A DNA stretch of 64,000 nt from a virus: positions 36,970 to 100,969 of IMG/VR virus record IMGVR_UViG_3300045988_173425. One strand, 5' to 3'. The notes under the pieces were generated by a model. That model was not told where the DNA came from. It made no database searches and saw only the letters and a list, made by a program, of their open reading frames with translations. Positions 63,980-64,000 of this stretch are shown one piece after another. How positions within the stretch are numbered: the first letter of the stretch is position 1; each line of letters starts with the position of its first letter. The translations under genes were made by a program, and so were the position numbers.

Positions 63980-64000
63980 CTTCCATCTCAAAAAAAAAAG

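Noticed and set aside
63983-64000. 12-nt identity (CTTCCATCTCAA) between the 3' acceptor end of the phage tRNA-Gln (5060-5071) and the sequence just before the terminal A-run. This could be an att-site or genome-terminus signal
   Set aside because: Twelve nucleotides is too short to exclude chance. No integrase is present in the window, and the A9 run at the very end may be an assembly or window artefact. Worth a look only if the full genome shows a matching repeat at the other end.
1-64000. CRISPR arrays, rRNA genes, transposases, integrases or IS elements
   Set aside because: No regularly spaced direct repeats, rRNA-like sequence or recombinase/transposase motifs were seen on either strand. 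The only mobile element recognised is the terL intein.

Overview
The window is a continuous piece of a tailed dsDNA phage genome with a contractile-tail (myovirus-type) gene set. About 80 tightly packed genes, often overlapping as ATGA or TAATG, run on the + strand; the only exception is 35681-36490. Gene order: (1) small unknown early-type genes and a C-tract/hairpin-rich non-coding region (1-4.7 kb). (2) An HU-like protein, a ~0.7 kb structured non-coding island carrying tRNA-Gln(UUG), and a DEDDh exonuclease. (3) A large terminase split by a LAGLIDADG intein in its P-loop. (4) Nucleotide/DNA-modification-type genes: GT-A-like, dUTPase, ferritin-like, FEN, aGPT-Pplase-like. (5) Portal. (6) A lysis-like cassette. 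(7) A MuF-like head protein translationally coupled to radical-SAM, LmbE-like and GT-A-like genes, followed by an AAA+ ATPase and a 794-aa kinase-like plus ART-like protein. (8) A fibre-like gene. (9) Prohead protease-scaffold and major capsid protein. (10) Neck, sheath, tube, chaperone, tape measure, M23 hub, baseplate and tail fibres. The strongest finding is a perfect 63-bp inverted repeat (35215-35277 / 36412-36474), in the same codon phase in two convergent ORFs. Inverting the 1.13 kb between the repeats would swap the C-terminus of the fibre-like protein, as in the Mu G segment, but no recombinase is recognisable in the 64 kb. Other leads: a dispersed candidate DNA-hypermodification gene set, a motif shared by three putative cargo proteins, a six-run C5-C7 tract with a hairpin cluster, and a structured RNA island around the tRNA. 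I saw no integrase, DNA polymerase, rRNA or CRISPR array. All function calls rest on motifs read by eye plus synteny; no database search was run.
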